From: Cyanophyceae cyanobacterium
Lineage (GTDB): Bacteria; Cyanobacteriota; Cyanobacteriia; Cyanobacteriales; Laspinemataceae
Direction: 5' to 3'
DNA length: 64,000 bases
NCBI GenBank assembly: GCA_038321985.1
Contig: JBBQFN010000002.1
Coordinates: forward strand, 1-64,000
Shown piece by piece: positions 17,172-27,933 of the stretch (the stretch's first letter is position 1; the number at the start of each line of letters is the position of its first letter). The position numbers and the translations under genes were made by a program. Under the pieces are notes generated by a model that saw only the letters and a list, made by a program, of their open reading frames with translations, searched no databases and was not told the DNA's origin.

Positions 17172-18983
17172 TCAAGAACTGCCCTGTGTGATTTGGCGGA
17201 CGGATGCAGCTTGGTTGAGCAGGGATTGCGCCCAGGCGATCGCCTCTTCTGCTCCTTGTCCCCCGGCGAGTTGGGCTAGTTCTTCTCGCCTTTGGTCACT
17301 AGAAAGGGCGGTAACCCGGACAACGGTGCGTTCTTCCGCTGTGGTATTCAAGGGGCCGGGGGTGCCGTTGCCTGGGCTCGGGGCGGATTGGGGCTCTGGT
17401 GCGATCGCTTCGTTAGGCTCTTCAGGAGTGCCAATGACTTGTTTGGTGACATGAAAATGAAAGTCGGCCATTGCCGCGACAATCGGCTGGTGGGTGACAA
17501 ATAACACTTGTTGACCCTGGGAGAGTTGGTGCAGTTTTTGGGCGATCGCCCCGGCAACTCTTCCCGAGACCCCTGCATCAATTTCATCAAATACCAGGGT
17601 TGCGGCACTATCCACTTGGACGAAGCAAGATTGCAGGGCCAGCAAAAACCGGCTCATTTCACCTCCCGAGGCGATTTCGGCCACAGGTTGCAGGGGTTCC
17701 CCGGGGTTGGGACTAAATAAGAAAATAATGCGATCGCTGCCGGTACTGCTAGGGGTTACCGGGTCAATTTGGACCCGAAACTGCACGTTGTCCATCGCTA
17801 GGGGTTTGAGTTCGTCTATGAGGCGTTCCTCTAAAATCAGGGCAGCCGTCCGGCGCAGATGGGTTAATTCTTCACAGGTTTGGCTGAGTTCGGCTTGACG
17901 GGCTTGATAGAGTCGTTCCAGGACCTCGATAGCGCGATCGGCTTGGGTGAGTTCTTCGAGTTCGGCTTCGATGCGCTGGAAATAGGCGATCGCCGCACTT
18001 AGGTTGGGTCCATATTTGCGGCAGATTTGCTTCAGTTGAGCCATCCTTTGTTCCACCTCGGCCAATCGTTCGGGATCCGCTTCTAGACTAGAACTGTAGC
18101 TGCTGATCTGCCGTCCGGCTTCGATCGCCAAGGCTAAGGCATCGTTCACCATGTCCAGAACTGCTTGCAGTTCCGAGTCGTAGGCCACCATATCGCTGAG
18201 GGTCTGTTCTACTTCTCCCAAAAGGTCAGCGGCGGCAGAGGACCCATCCTCTCTTTGATAAAGGGCTTGATAAACGCGATCGCTTTGTTCTTGCAGTTCC
18301 ACTACATGAGATAGGCGTTGTCGTTCCTGTTCCAGTTGCTCTAATTCGTCCGCCGAGATGACATTAGCTTCCGAAAGTTCTTTAACTTGATAATCCAGTA
18401 AATCAATGCGTTGCAAGCGCTGTTGTTCTGACTGACGGCTAGTTTCTAAGGCTTGTCGGGCGGTATTGGCTTCGCCATAGCGGGTGATAACGGCTTGGCG
18501 GACGGTGAGGACCTCGGGACCTGCAAAGGCATCTAGCCAGTCTCGCTGACGTGCAGGTTGTCCGAGTTGGACCGTTTGACCTTGGGCCGTGATTTCCACC
18601 AGGCGATCGCGTAGTTGTTCCATGAGTTGCCGATTCACAAGCACCCCATTTAACCGCGATCGGCTGCGCATGGCTCCCCCTTTGCCGGAAACAAGTTCCC
18701 GGCTCACGACTAACAGCGTGCCATCTAAGAGTTCGATTTCCTGCTCTCGCACATAAGCCGCCACCGGGGGTTCTAGTTCAAATGTGGCTTCAATCAGCGA
18801 GCGCCCGGTTCCCGTGCGGATGGCGCGTGCGGTACATTTGCCTCCCAGCACGGCATCCAGGGCGTCTAAAATAATCGATTTCCCCGCCCCCGTTTCCCCC
18901 GTCAGTACATTGAGACCCCTGCCAAATTCCAAATCTAAGCAGTCAATCAAGGCAAAATTTTCTATCCGCAGGGACAGCAACAT
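17172..18983 (-). CDS. recN: DNA repair protein RecN
   Basis: LRIENFALI, TGETGAGKS Walker A, ASGGEMSR signature, FDEIDAGVSG, VTHQP. Confidence 0.96.
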   Translation of the reverse strand: MLLSLRIENFALIDCLDLEFGRGLNVLTGETGAGKSIILDALDAVLGGKCTARAIRTGTGRSLIEATFELEPPVAAYVREQEIELLDGTLLVVSRELVSGKGGAMRSRSRLNGVLVNRQLMEQLRDRLVEITAQGQTVQLGQPARQRDWLDAFAGPEVLTVRQAVITRYGEANTARQALETSRQSEQQRLQRIDLLDYQVKELSEANVISADELEQLEQERQRLSHVVELQEQSDRVYQALYQREDGSSAAADLLGEVEQTLSDMVAYDSELQAVLDMVNDALALAIEAGRQISSYSSSLEADPERLAEVEQRMAQLKQICRKYGPNLSAAIAYFQRIEAELEELTQADRAIEVLERLYQARQAELSQTCEELTHLRRTAALILEERLIDELKPLAMDNVQFRVQIDPVTPSSTGSDRIIFLFSPNPGEPLQPVAEIASGGEMSRFLLALQSCFVQVDSAATLVFDEIDAGVSGRVAGAIAQKLHQLSQGQQVLFVTHQPIVAAMADFHFHVTKQVIGTPEEPNEAIAPEPQSAPSPGNGTPGPLNTTAEERTVVRVTALSSDQRREELAQLAGGQGAEEAIAWAQSLLNQAASVRQITQGSS

Positions 18984-19219
18984 AGCGCAATATTATCCAT
19001 GTGGAACTCTTCGGGGGGAGGGACCGGCTTTTGTGAAGGCGGCCCCTCCAGTAATTCTGGGTTGTTCTAAGTACAATAGAAATATCCCAGATTGTTGGCT
19101 GGATGACAATCTTCTGGTGAAAAATATTTAATACTCATGATAGAGGCTCCGTGCGAGAGCTTGTGGTTAGATTGAGTTCATGACGACACTTTCACACGAT
19201 TTATTCAATAGCTTTCTTT

Positions 19220-19411
19220 ATGGAATCAGGTAGTCCGTCTGCCAGTTCTTCCGAACCCGTTCCCCAAAATACTTTAGCCAATTTATTGGGCGGGGCGATC
19301 GCCTTACTGACCCTCTTGCTCCCCCTGGTGGCGATCGCTAATTTTTCCGCCCCTCGCATCCCTACCTTACCGTCTCCTCCATCCTATCCCCTCAGCGAGT
19401 TGAGGAGGTGA
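19220..19411 (+). CDS. Small single-TM hypothetical protein
   Basis: 63-aa ORF with hydrophobic LLGGAIALLTLLLPLVAIANF stretch. Confidence 0.55.
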   Translation: MESGSPSASSSEPVPQNTLANLLGGAIALLTLLLPLVAIANFSAPRIPTLPSPPSYPLSELRR

Positions 19412-19650
19412 CCCAAACAGGCGAGGGGCTTGCAACCCCAGCCTCCATGCTAACTGCACTAAACCGACAAACCAATAATTTGTGGGTTCCAGGTTTCTGG
19501 TACGATGTCTGACGGACTGTCATGAGACGGCACTGCCTGATCGCCCATAGCAGCGACCCTGTTGTGCACCCTTGGCTAACCCTAATTGAATCGTACCTAA
19601 TCCTACCCATTCGGGTAGGAGAAACTACCCCCATCATCCCAGGAGTTATT

Positions 19651-20166
19651 GTGGATTTAACGAAGATTCCAGCCCAACCGAAACCCGGTTTGATTAATGT
19701 CTTAATTGAAATTGCCGCCGGAAGTAAGAATAAGTATGAATTTGATAAAGATTTAGAAGCCTTTGCCCTCGATCGCGTCCTGTATGCATCGGTTAAATAT
19801 CCTTACGATTATGGCTTTATCCCGAATACCCTCGCTGAGGATGGAGACCCCCTTGATGGAATGGTGATTATGGATGAACCCACCTTTCCTGGTTGTGTAA
19901 TTGCCGCCCGTCCCGTGGGATTTTTAGAAATGATTGATGGTGGGGATCCGGACGAGAAAATTCTCTGCGTTCCCGACAAAGACCCCCGGTATACTCATGT
20001 CAAATCCCTCAAAGATATCGCACCTCACAGACTGGAAGAAGTTGCGGAATTTTTCAGAACTTACAAAAATCTGGAAGGAAAGAAAACGGAAATTCTCGGT
20101 TGGCATGATATTGAAAAGGTAATGCCTTTAGTTGAAAAGTCTATTAAAGCTGCTCAAAAAGGCTAA
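19651..20166 (+). CDS. ppa: Inorganic pyrophosphatase
   Basis: GTG start after [41 protein letters not shown]. Confidence 0.96.
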   Translation: MDLTKIPAQPKPGLINVLIEIAAGSKNKYEFDKDLEAFALDRVLYASVKYPYDYGFIPNTLAEDGDPLDGMVIMDEPTFPGCVIAARPVGFLEMIDGGDPDEKILCVPDKDPRYTHVKSLKDIAPHRLEEVAEFFRTYKNLEGKKTEILGWHDIEKVMPLVEKSIKAAQKG

Positions 20167-20684
20167 ACAGACTTCAGGGAATAGAGTTTTTAAGCCTACC
20201 TAAATCCGGCTTATAGCTTTAGGGGGCTACAACCCTGAACTCAGAAAAGAATAGACCCCTAACCCTAGCCCTAACCCTCCCCAAAAGACAGGGGAGGGGA
20301 CTAGAGGGGTTCCTCCCGGTGAACATAAGAAAAAAGGGTAAATTCTTTAGGGGACTTGGGTTTTAGTGTTTAAAGTCTGGGTTTTTGGCTCGACCTGGGG
20401 ACCTCAGCCCACACTCTCGAAAATATCAAAGAGGGTTATGGGATGGCGAAAATGGAAAGACGATCGCCCCGTTGATTCCCTTAGCGATCGCCGACGAGAG
20501 GAACAAACCCCGCTACACTGTAAGTTCATCGGTGCTGCCCAGGGAAATAACTGGCCTCTATCCCATCGGACCCCCTGCAATCGGTAGCCATTGCAAAGCA
20601 CCCCCTGAATCTTCCGGGTTTAAGGTCCTGATGTTCTAAAATTGAGGCAGAAACCCGCTAACCTCCTCCAACCACCTCCGCATC

Positions 20685-21074
20685 ATGCAGCGAACTCTTC
20701 TATTAGCGAAAATCCATAACTGCACTCTCACCGATGCTAATTTAAACTATGTGGGAAGTATTAGTATTGATAAAAAGTTAATGGAGGCAGCCGGTATTTT
20801 GCCTTACGAGCAGGTGCAGGTTGTCAACAAGTCCAACGGAGAACGGTTAATCACCTACGCCATTGAAGCATCTCCCGAGTCTGGGGCGATCGAACTCAAT
20901 GGTGCCGCAGCGCGTCTGGGTGCACCGGGCGATCGGCTGATTATTATGACCTATGGACAATTTACCCCAACCGAGGTTACAACATATTCGCCTAAGGTCG
21001 TTCTAGTAGATGAGCAAAACCGGCTGTTGGAAGTTCGACAGTATGAAGAATTGCATACCCCTAGCTTGGTTTAA
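20685..21074 (+). CDS. panD: Aspartate 1-decarboxylase
   Basis: [12 protein letters not shown] (G-S cleavage), [15 protein letters not shown]. Confidence 0.96.
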   Translation: MQRTLLLAKIHNCTLTDANLNYVGSISIDKKLMEAAGILPYEQVQVVNKSNGERLITYAIEASPESGAIELNGAAARLGAPGDRLIIMTYGQFTPTEVTTYSPKVVLVDEQNRLLEVRQYEELHTPSLV

Positions 21075-21142
21075 ACCCTAAACCTGGCCCACTTCTTGAC
21101 GTTTAAGTACCCAGATCACCGCCTTGCGATCGGATAGTCCCT

Positions 21143-21994
21143 ATGGAAACCAGCCCTGACTCTGCCTTTTTTGTCCACTTCTGGGGGGTGCGCGGCAGCG
21201 TCGCGACACCCGGCAAAGAAACCGTTAACTACGGTGGCAACACCTCCTGTGTGGAAATGCGCGTCGGTGGTAAACGCCTGATTTTCGATGGCGGTACCGG
21301 CTTGCGACTCCTGGGAACCAGTTTAATGCCCCAGATGCCTGTAGAGGCGCATCTGTTTTTTTCTCACTCCCACTGGGATCACATTCAAGGATTCCCTTTT
21401 TTCGTTCCCGCTTTTATCCCCGGCAATCGCTTTCATGTTTACGGTGCAGTTGCGCCTAATGGTGCAACCATGAAACAGCGTCTCTCGGACCAAATGCTGC
21501 ATCCCAATTTTCCCATTCCGCTTCAGGGGATGAGGTCTGAGTTGAAGTTCCACGATCTACATCCGGGGGATGTGGTTACCGTTGATGATATCACGGTGGA
21601 AACGGCTCATCTGAATCATCCTAGTGAAGCTCTAGGGTATCGCGTTACCTGGCAAGGACGCACGGCGGTTTACTGTACGGATACGGAACATTATCCCGAT
21701 CGCCTCGATGAAAATATCCTGTATCTGGCCCGTAATGCCGATATTTTCATTTATGATGCCACCTACACCGATGAAGAATACTATCACCCCGTCACTCCCA
21801 AACAAGGCTGGGGACACTCGACTTGGAAGGAAGGTATTAAACTTGCCAAAGCCGCTGGAGTCAAGCATTTAGTTATTTTTCATCATGACCCCTCTCATGA
21901 TGATGAGTTTCTTGCGAATGTAGAATCTCAGATTCAAGCTGAGTTTCCCGATGCTTTCTTGGCGCGAGAAGGGATGAAATTAAACCTGATTTAA
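21143..21994 (+). CDS. MBL-fold metallo-hydrolase (RNase Z / phosphodiesterase-like)
   Basis: FWGVRGS, YGGNTSC, SHSHWDHIQG, GWGHST, FHHDP. Confidence 0.88.
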   Translation: METSPDSAFFVHFWGVRGSVATPGKETVNYGGNTSCVEMRVGGKRLIFDGGTGLRLLGTSLMPQMPVEAHLFFSHSHWDHIQGFPFFVPAFIPGNRFHVYGAVAPNGATMKQRLSDQMLHPNFPIPLQGMRSELKFHDLHPGDVVTVDDITVETAHLNHPSEALGYRVTWQGRTAVYCTDTEHYPDRLDENILYLARNADIFIYDATYTDEEYYHPVTPKQGWGHSTWKEGIKLAKAAGVKHLVIFHHDPSHDDEFLANVESQIQAEFPDAFLAREGMKLNLI

Positions 21995-22088
21995 AGTCTT
22001 GATAAAGATTGCTAACCGAGAATGTAACTTATAACTGCACCCAAGGCTGTAGAGTAGGAGTGGTCCGGGATTTGAACTCAGATTGGGT

Positions 22089-22697
22089 TTAACAAATCGG
22101 TTGATGGCCGGGATTGACGGCGTGAATCTCTTCGCTGCCTGATTCGGGCCATCCTCGACGATAAGATGCCTCTTCTGGTTTACCCCATCCCAGTTGTAAG
22201 AGGATTTCCAGAAAGTCGGATTTTTCCCATTTAAACAGGGTCGCCCATTCAGTTTTAAGGGCGATCGCCTCGACATCAGCTTTGGAGATTTGGCGATCGT
22301 TTAAGCCCTTATTCACCCGGAGATACAAGTCCATTCCCTCAGTGACTTCATTCCAAAAGGACAGGAGAGCGGGTTTGGCCGCTTTGAGGGTGTCCAGGTC
22401 CCGAGGCAGAGCAATTAGCTGATCGTCCAATTGCGGATAGGAGAGGGTTTTGCCTCTGAGGATGATTTGATGCAAAACCAGGCCAGAGACCTGGTGCGAT
22501 CGCTGGTATTCGTGCACTGCCGCTTTAAAATCTTGATAGGCAGTAAACTTTTGCAGACCTTCGGGCTTGAGGAACTGGTCAACGACAGGCAGCCCGATCG
22601 CCGGAGTCGCCGATAAATTCAAACGCTCCCCTCTGAGGCAAGCGCGACGCTCCTGCTCTAAAATCTCAATTAGCTCCTGGGTACTGTAGACCTTCAA
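22089..22697 (-). CDS. Hypothetical protein
   Basis: 202-aa ORF filling the gap between flanking genes; no recognisable motif. Confidence 0.7.
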   Translation of the reverse strand: MKVYSTQELIEILEQERRACLRGERLNLSATPAIGLPVVDQFLKPEGLQKFTAYQDFKAAVHEYQRSHQVSGLVLHQIILRGKTLSYPQLDDQLIALPRDLDTLKAAKPALLSFWNEVTEGMDLYLRVNKGLNDRQISKADVEAIALKTEWATLFKWEKSDFLEILLQLGWGKPEEASYRRGWPESGSEEIHAVNPGHQPIC

Positions 22698-22853
22698 TAT
22701 TAGAACACCATCGGGTTGGACTTTTCGCTAGTTTAACCTGGGTCAAGCATTCTAGTCGTGGGATAGGCTACCTAAATTTGACCTCAATAGTGAGTGCTGA
22801 TGACTCCCTATCTTGCCCCATCGAGTCCCACCCTCCCACTACCATTCCCAAAC

Positions 22854-23321
22854 CTAACTCAATTCACCCGTTCTACCATACCGTCCCATAAGTTCAACTG
22901 CTCCTAAAATATGACCTTCCATTGCCGTTTTCACTTCCGCTTTGCTCGCCCCCGGTTCCAAACTTAGCAAGGTATCTAATGCATACAGTTTGAAAAAATA
23001 GCGATGAGTTCCTGACTCGGGACAAGGTGCACTATATCCTAATGTTCCAAAATCATTTTTTCCCTGGACTCCTCCGCGTTCCAGTCTCGGTTCATTGGGC
23101 ACTCCGTGAGGTAAGTGACGAATATTTGCCGGAATATCATAAGCTAGCCAGTGGGTTAAACTCCGGGTTGAGGCATCGGGGTCTTCCATAATTAAGACGA
23201 AACTAATCGTCCCATCGGGGGGGGAGTCCCAACTGAGCGGGGGAGAACTTTTTTCCCCTTCACAGGTATGTTCAAACGGAATGGTATTACCAATGAAAAA
23301 AGCAGGACTCTTAAATTCCAT
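22854..23321 (-). CDS. YbhB/YbcL (PEBP / Raf-kinase-inhibitor-like) protein
   Basis: SPPLSW, MEDPDA, HWLAYDIP, QGKNDFG..GY.APCP, HRYFFKLYALD. Confidence 0.92.
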   Translation of the reverse strand: MEFKSPAFFIGNTIPFEHTCEGEKSSPPLSWDSPPDGTISFVLIMEDPDASTRSLTHWLAYDIPANIRHLPHGVPNEPRLERGGVQGKNDFGTLGYSAPCPESGTHRYFFKLYALDTLLSLEPGASKAEVKTAMEGHILGAVELMGRYGRTGELS

Positions 23322-23958
23322 GACATTAATACAGTTGACGGTTGACTGAATGGGATGAACGTTTTTATCAGTGGTTATATTTTAACGGCTGATAAGATAT
23401 CTGGCTTCAATTCCCCCGGTTCCGCACTAAAACTCTGCCTTTATGATCCCGGTTTTCAAGTCAACCTGCGATCGCTTTGCCAGAACCTCCCTACCCCTTG
23501 GTTTTGTTCATGACCTGCCTACATTCTCCAAAGATCTAACTTCCGATAGATAGATGATACTTTCTTCAGTTAGAGATTCCTGACAATTGCTTAGGGTTAT
23601 CATTATTATCAGGACTCCAAAAGGTACTCCATAGAGTGCCTTCGTACCCTCCCAGAAAAGGTCAGCTAAATAGACCTCTTGCACCACTATAAAAAGCTCC
23701 TCGTTTTGTCAAAGTTTTTTATATCTGGGAACCCGCCAAGGAAAGCCACTGATTAACAGAGGTTGGAGGGTTTTCTTCCCCAATTATGCAAGAAGTTTAA
23801 TCAAGCCAACCCTTTCCCCCCGCATGGAAGAAGGGGGGGGTTAAAAAGCCTTCCATTCTTTGGACCCCCCCACCCCTAGGCCAAACCAACCCGAGGCGTA
23901 CTAACGGACAAAGAGAGATTTTTGCTCCTTATTTATTTCTAAAAAAGAGAGAACTTTA

Positions 23959-25620
23959 ATGGCTAATGCGATTGAATTTAAGTTGTTTGGGCCGTATAAT
24001 AAAGGGGCCGCCCTTATCGGTTCTTTTTCCAACTGGCAAGAGATTCCCATGGAAAAAGATGATCAGGGTTATTTTCGGACTTCAGTAGAACTCGAAGATG
24101 GGGCTTATGAGTATAAGTTTCGAGTTCAGACTAAGACTGAATATTTAGACCCGGATTCGTGGGTTTATGTGACTGACCCTTACGCCAAGGAAATTGATCA
24201 CACCGGCCAAAATGGGATTATCAAAATTAAAGACGGGGAAACCATCGTTGATACCTACGTTTGGCAGCATGATCAGGTGTCTTTACCCAGTAATGGGGAA
24301 TTAGTCATCTATGAAATGCTGATTAGTGACTTTTGCGGTCAAAAAGACAACGGAAATAAAGGGAACTTTCAAGCGGCGATCGAGAAATTAGATTACTTAG
24401 CCGACTTGGGGATTAATGCCATCGAACTCATGCCCGTCATGGCAGGAGATGAGGGGTGGGGTTATCTAGTCACTCAATACTTTGCTCCGGCCCCTCATTA
24501 CGGTTCCCCTGAAGACTTTAAGCGCCTCGTTGATGAGTGTCACGCCCGAGGGATTCGCATCATTTTGGATATGGTATTTAATCATTCTAATGAGGACTGC
24601 CCGTTATTAAAAATAGACCGCGATTACTGGTACTATCATCATAAGCACTATCCCGATGATGATAACAATTGGTGGGGTCCCGAATTTAACTACGATCATC
24701 ATGATTCTAACTTAGATATTCGTCCGGCCTGGTCATTTGTTGGGGATGTGGTACGTTACTGGATTCAAGAATACCACATTGACGGAATGCGTTATGATGC
24801 GTTGAGGCAACTGGCCAATTGGGAGTTTTTACATTGGATTACCAAACTCGCGCGAGAAACTGCGGGTTCCAAACCGTTTTATAATATCGGAGAACATATC
24901 CCAGAAAAACCGAAATATGCTCGATTTGAAGGCCCAATGGATGGGTGTTGGCACGATAGCTTCCACTACTTCTTAGTGGATTATATTTGTAATAAGGATA
25001 GCTTGGATATTGAGCAACTCAAAGAAGTGCTTGATTGCAAAAAGCAGGGGTATGAAACCTCAATCAATGTGATTAATTACTTATCAAATCACGACCAAAC
25101 TCGCATCTTATCGCTGTTAGGTGATCGGGGTATTTTTGACGATCCAGCCTTTGGTCGGACTAAACTAGGGGCGGCTATCCTGATGACTACTGTGGGTATT
25201 CCGATGCTCTGGATGGGTCAAGAATTCGGTCAAGATAGCTGCGAAAATCCTAACCAAGCCTCCCTATTAAAATGGTATCTGCTAGATAATGAACGTAATC
25301 GGAGCTTGTTTGATTATTACAAGGGATTAATTGCTTTACGCAAGCAAAATCACGCCATTCAAAGTGAAAATATTGAGTTTATCCATGAAAATCCGGATCA
25401 GCAAGTGATTGCGTATGTCCGGTGGAATGAGGAAGGATCAAGAGTTGTGGTAGTTGCTAATTTTTCGGGGAATTTTCTAGGAGGTTATGCGATTCCCAAT
25501 TTTCCCGATAATGGACAATGGCACGAGTGGACAAGAAACTATGATATTGAATCTCAGGACAACCAATTAGTTCTGGATTTGGGTGAATATGAAGCTCAAG
25601 TTTTCGTGTGGAATCAGTAG
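23959..25620 (+). CDS. GH13 alpha-amylase family glycoside hydrolase with N-terminal CBM48-like module
   Basis: LIGSFSNW, LGINAIELMP, DMVFNH, DGMRYDA, GEH, SNHD. Confidence 0.9.
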   Translation: MANAIEFKLFGPYNKGAALIGSFSNWQEIPMEKDDQGYFRTSVELEDGAYEYKFRVQTKTEYLDPDSWVYVTDPYAKEIDHTGQNGIIKIKDGETIVDTYVWQHDQVSLPSNGELVIYEMLISDFCGQKDNGNKGNFQAAIEKLDYLADLGINAIELMPVMAGDEGWGYLVTQYFAPAPHYGSPEDFKRLVDECHARGIRIILDMVFNHSNEDCPLLKIDRDYWYYHHKHYPDDDNNWWGPEFNYDHHDSNLDIRPAWSFVGDVVRYWIQEYHIDGMRYDALRQLANWEFLHWITKLARETAGSKPFYNIGEHIPEKPKYARFEGPMDGCWHDSFHYFLVDYICNKDSLDIEQLKEVLDCKKQGYETSINVINYLSNHDQTRILSLLGDRGIFDDPAFGRTKLGAAILMTTVGIPMLWMGQEFGQDSCENPNQASLLKWYLLDNERNRSLFDYYKGLIALRKQNHAIQSENIEFIHENPDQQVIAYVRWNEEGSRVVVVANFSGNFLGGYAIPNFPDNGQWHEWTRNYDIESQDNQLVLDLGEYEAQVFVWNQ

Positions 25621-25637
25621 CCGTTTGAAATAGGGGC

Positions 25638-25668
25638 AGTCAGGACAGGGCAGTGCCTTGTCCTGACT
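25638..25668. terminator. Hairpin downstream of the GH13 gene
   Basis: agtcaggacagggc/gccttgtcctgact inverted repeat between convergent genes. Confidence 0.45.
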
Positions 25669-25937
25669 TAAAATGATTTAAAGAAGTGGCAACATTAAAC
25701 GGGAAGCGATCGCCGGCAGCATTAATCAGACTTAAATCAGCATTCCGGTATTTTGCGAAAACATTGCGATCGCCACTGGATTGAAAAAAAGTAACAAGGG
25801 ACGTTCCCGTGAACCTAACCTGAAACCAGAACGGGATAAAAGAGTAAAATTTTTATCAATTAATTTACCCTAAGATATTTTCAAAAGGTGATTGAAATTT
25901 TACCCCTTTATCCCCACCTTGGACCCAGGACAAGAAC

Positions 25938-27023
25938 CTAGGGCTCAGCGTCGGTTAGGGGCACACCGGGTAAAGAGTCTACTGTTTTAGGAGTAGGGGA
26001 TTCTCCAATCCAATTGTTCATCACATCTTTAACTAATACTTCCTTGAGCCAAACTTGTAAAACCGCGACGATGGGTAGGGCTAGGAACAAACCCAGAAGA
26101 CCAAAAAACTGAGAAAAAATTAGCATGGAAATTAAAGTAAACCCCGGAGGTAAGGAAATTTCATTTTCCATAATCATGGGGGTTAATACTAAGCCTTCTA
26201 GCTGCTCAATTAGCAGGTAAAATATAATAACAGCGACCCCTTTCCAAGGTGCATCGATGAAGGCCAAGGCAATGGGCGGAATCGAGCCTAATATCGGGCC
26301 AATATTGGGAATGTAGCTTAATAAAGCGGAAATTATCGCGTTGACTAATGCCAAGGGTACGCCTAATGCCCATAAGCCTAAACCGCTAACGATCGCAATA
26401 AAGACCATATTAAAAAGTCGTCCGATTGCCCAACCCACTATATTATGTTCACATCCCTGGAGCACTTCCTCAACTCGCCGCCGATAAAACGAAGGAAATA
26501 TTAAAATAAAACTCTGACGATAAAGGGCGGGATTGGCTAATAGCATCAGAATCAGTACAAGGACCAGCAGCACGTTTACCGCAAAGTCTAGGGAGTTGGA
26601 AAAAACCGTAAAAAAGCCGCCAAACCAACTTAAGCCAATATTAGGAAGTCGTTCGGCTAAGAATTCAATATTTTGAATATCTTCGATGAGCTGGTTGGGG
26701 ATAAAGTTTTGTAACCATTGATACCACTGACGTAGCTGTACCAAAGTTTGAGGCAGGAGCTCGATCAATTCTTGAAACTGAGCAACAAGGGTGGGAAAAA
26801 TTAAGAGAAGGAATAAAGCCAGGATAGCGAAAAGAATGCCAACAGTCAAAGCAATGGCAACGCCCCGCTTCAAACCCGATCGCTGCAACCGGCGCACCAT
26901 TCGGTTGAGAACGGTTGCAAAGGCGATCGCCGCAAAAGCCAGCAACAAAACCTTCCGAATTTCCCACAGTACGATGAGAGAAACAATGAAAACAATAGCC
27001 CCGATTATTTTACCAAAACTCAA
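25938..27023 (-). CDS. AI-2E family transporter
   Basis: Multi-TM protein; LSYIPNIGP, EQLEGLVLTP, FGLLGLFLALP; TTG start after GGAG. Confidence 0.9.
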   Translation of the reverse strand: MSFGKIIGAIVFIVSLIVLWEIRKVLLLAFAAIAFATVLNRMVRRLQRSGLKRGVAIALTVGILFAILALFLLLIFPTLVAQFQELIELLPQTLVQLRQWYQWLQNFIPNQLIEDIQNIEFLAERLPNIGLSWFGGFFTVFSNSLDFAVNVLLVLVLILMLLANPALYRQSFILIFPSFYRRRVEEVLQGCEHNIVGWAIGRLFNMVFIAIVSGLGLWALGVPLALVNAIISALLSYIPNIGPILGSIPPIALAFIDAPWKGVAVIIFYLLIEQLEGLVLTPMIMENEISLPPGFTLISMLIFSQFFGLLGLFLALPIVAVLQVWLKEVLVKDVMNNWIGESPTPKTVDSLPGVPLTDAEP

Positions 27024-27169
27024 TTTTATACTCCTTTGGTTTGATGACCAATATGGTTAAAGTTGTTAGGTGAAAAAAGTCGGAAATTTCCGACTCTTCG
27101 TACAGTTTCTATTTTTAAGTGACGATCGCCTTTCGAGTCCAACTCCATTAGCCCTTAATACAGTGTTCA

Positions 27170-27440
27170 ATCATCGGATACCATTTGATTTCGGGTGAGT
27201 ATTTGATCTCCAAAGGTCAGCGCGATCGCTTAAGCGTTGGCGGGTGTCCCCATCGCAAATTAAGGGCTCAATTTCCCGCGCCAGTAACAACAAATCCACT
27301 CAATCATCAATATCCCGCCAATCGCGTACCCGAAGTTTCCCGGAAAAAGTCACACATAGAATCCCCTATTCCCCACCGGGGCTCTCCGTTAATCGCACCC
27401 AAGCGTAAGACAATCGTCGGAATGCCCAAGCAGCTGTGAG
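27170..27440 (-). pseudogene. Possible degraded NAD-dependent epimerase/dehydratase fragment
   Basis: Two frames give LGIPTIVLRLGAINGEP and GKLRVRDWRDIDD*VDLLLLA, resembling extended-SDR LR...YGP and RDF.HVDD motifs. Confidence 0.3.
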
Positions 27441-27933
27441 CCTATTTGAGCGTCAACTGTTCTAAAATGCCTGGAGAACCAGCCTCACTCCTGTGCAAGC
27501 TGAAGGGCAGTACCCGGGTGATGGGGGTTGGTATATTTGATACTTTCCTACATCCTTTGCCGAATTCCCGCCCTTGCTAAATGCCAGCCCATAAATCCGC
27601 CTCCCCCTGGGATTAAAATGTGTTTATTCAAATAAAGTTTCTCCGCCATCAATTAATTAAGTAAACAAAATAAATGGAGCAAGAGAAAATTTAATCATTT
27701 ACCCTTATAAAGAAATTATTGTGCCGGCAATCTCCTCGTGGAGTCATCCCCCTTGAGATAGAGGTTAGTTTCCCACATTTGTTGCTGCGTTTAGAGACTC
27801 CGTTTCTGCAATCCAGTTGAGGACGGACGATTTAATCAATTGAGGGAGTCTTGCACTCCGGTATAATTCTTCCTACAGGAATACAGCCGGTCAAATAGAG
27901 CTTCAGTCTTATCAACCCGCTGTCAAACTGTGT

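Noticed and set aside
17340..17440. Pro-rich insertion near the RecN C-terminus (and acidic insert in the debranching enzyme, about 41280-41400) as an intein
   Set aside because: Too short, low-complexity, and lacking intein splice motifs; likely variable loops
20255..20310. ccctaaccct motifs resembling telomeric repeats (also about 47665-47705)
   Set aside because: Part of a short C-rich/G-rich intergenic hairpin typical of cyanobacterial dispersed repeats, not a tandem array
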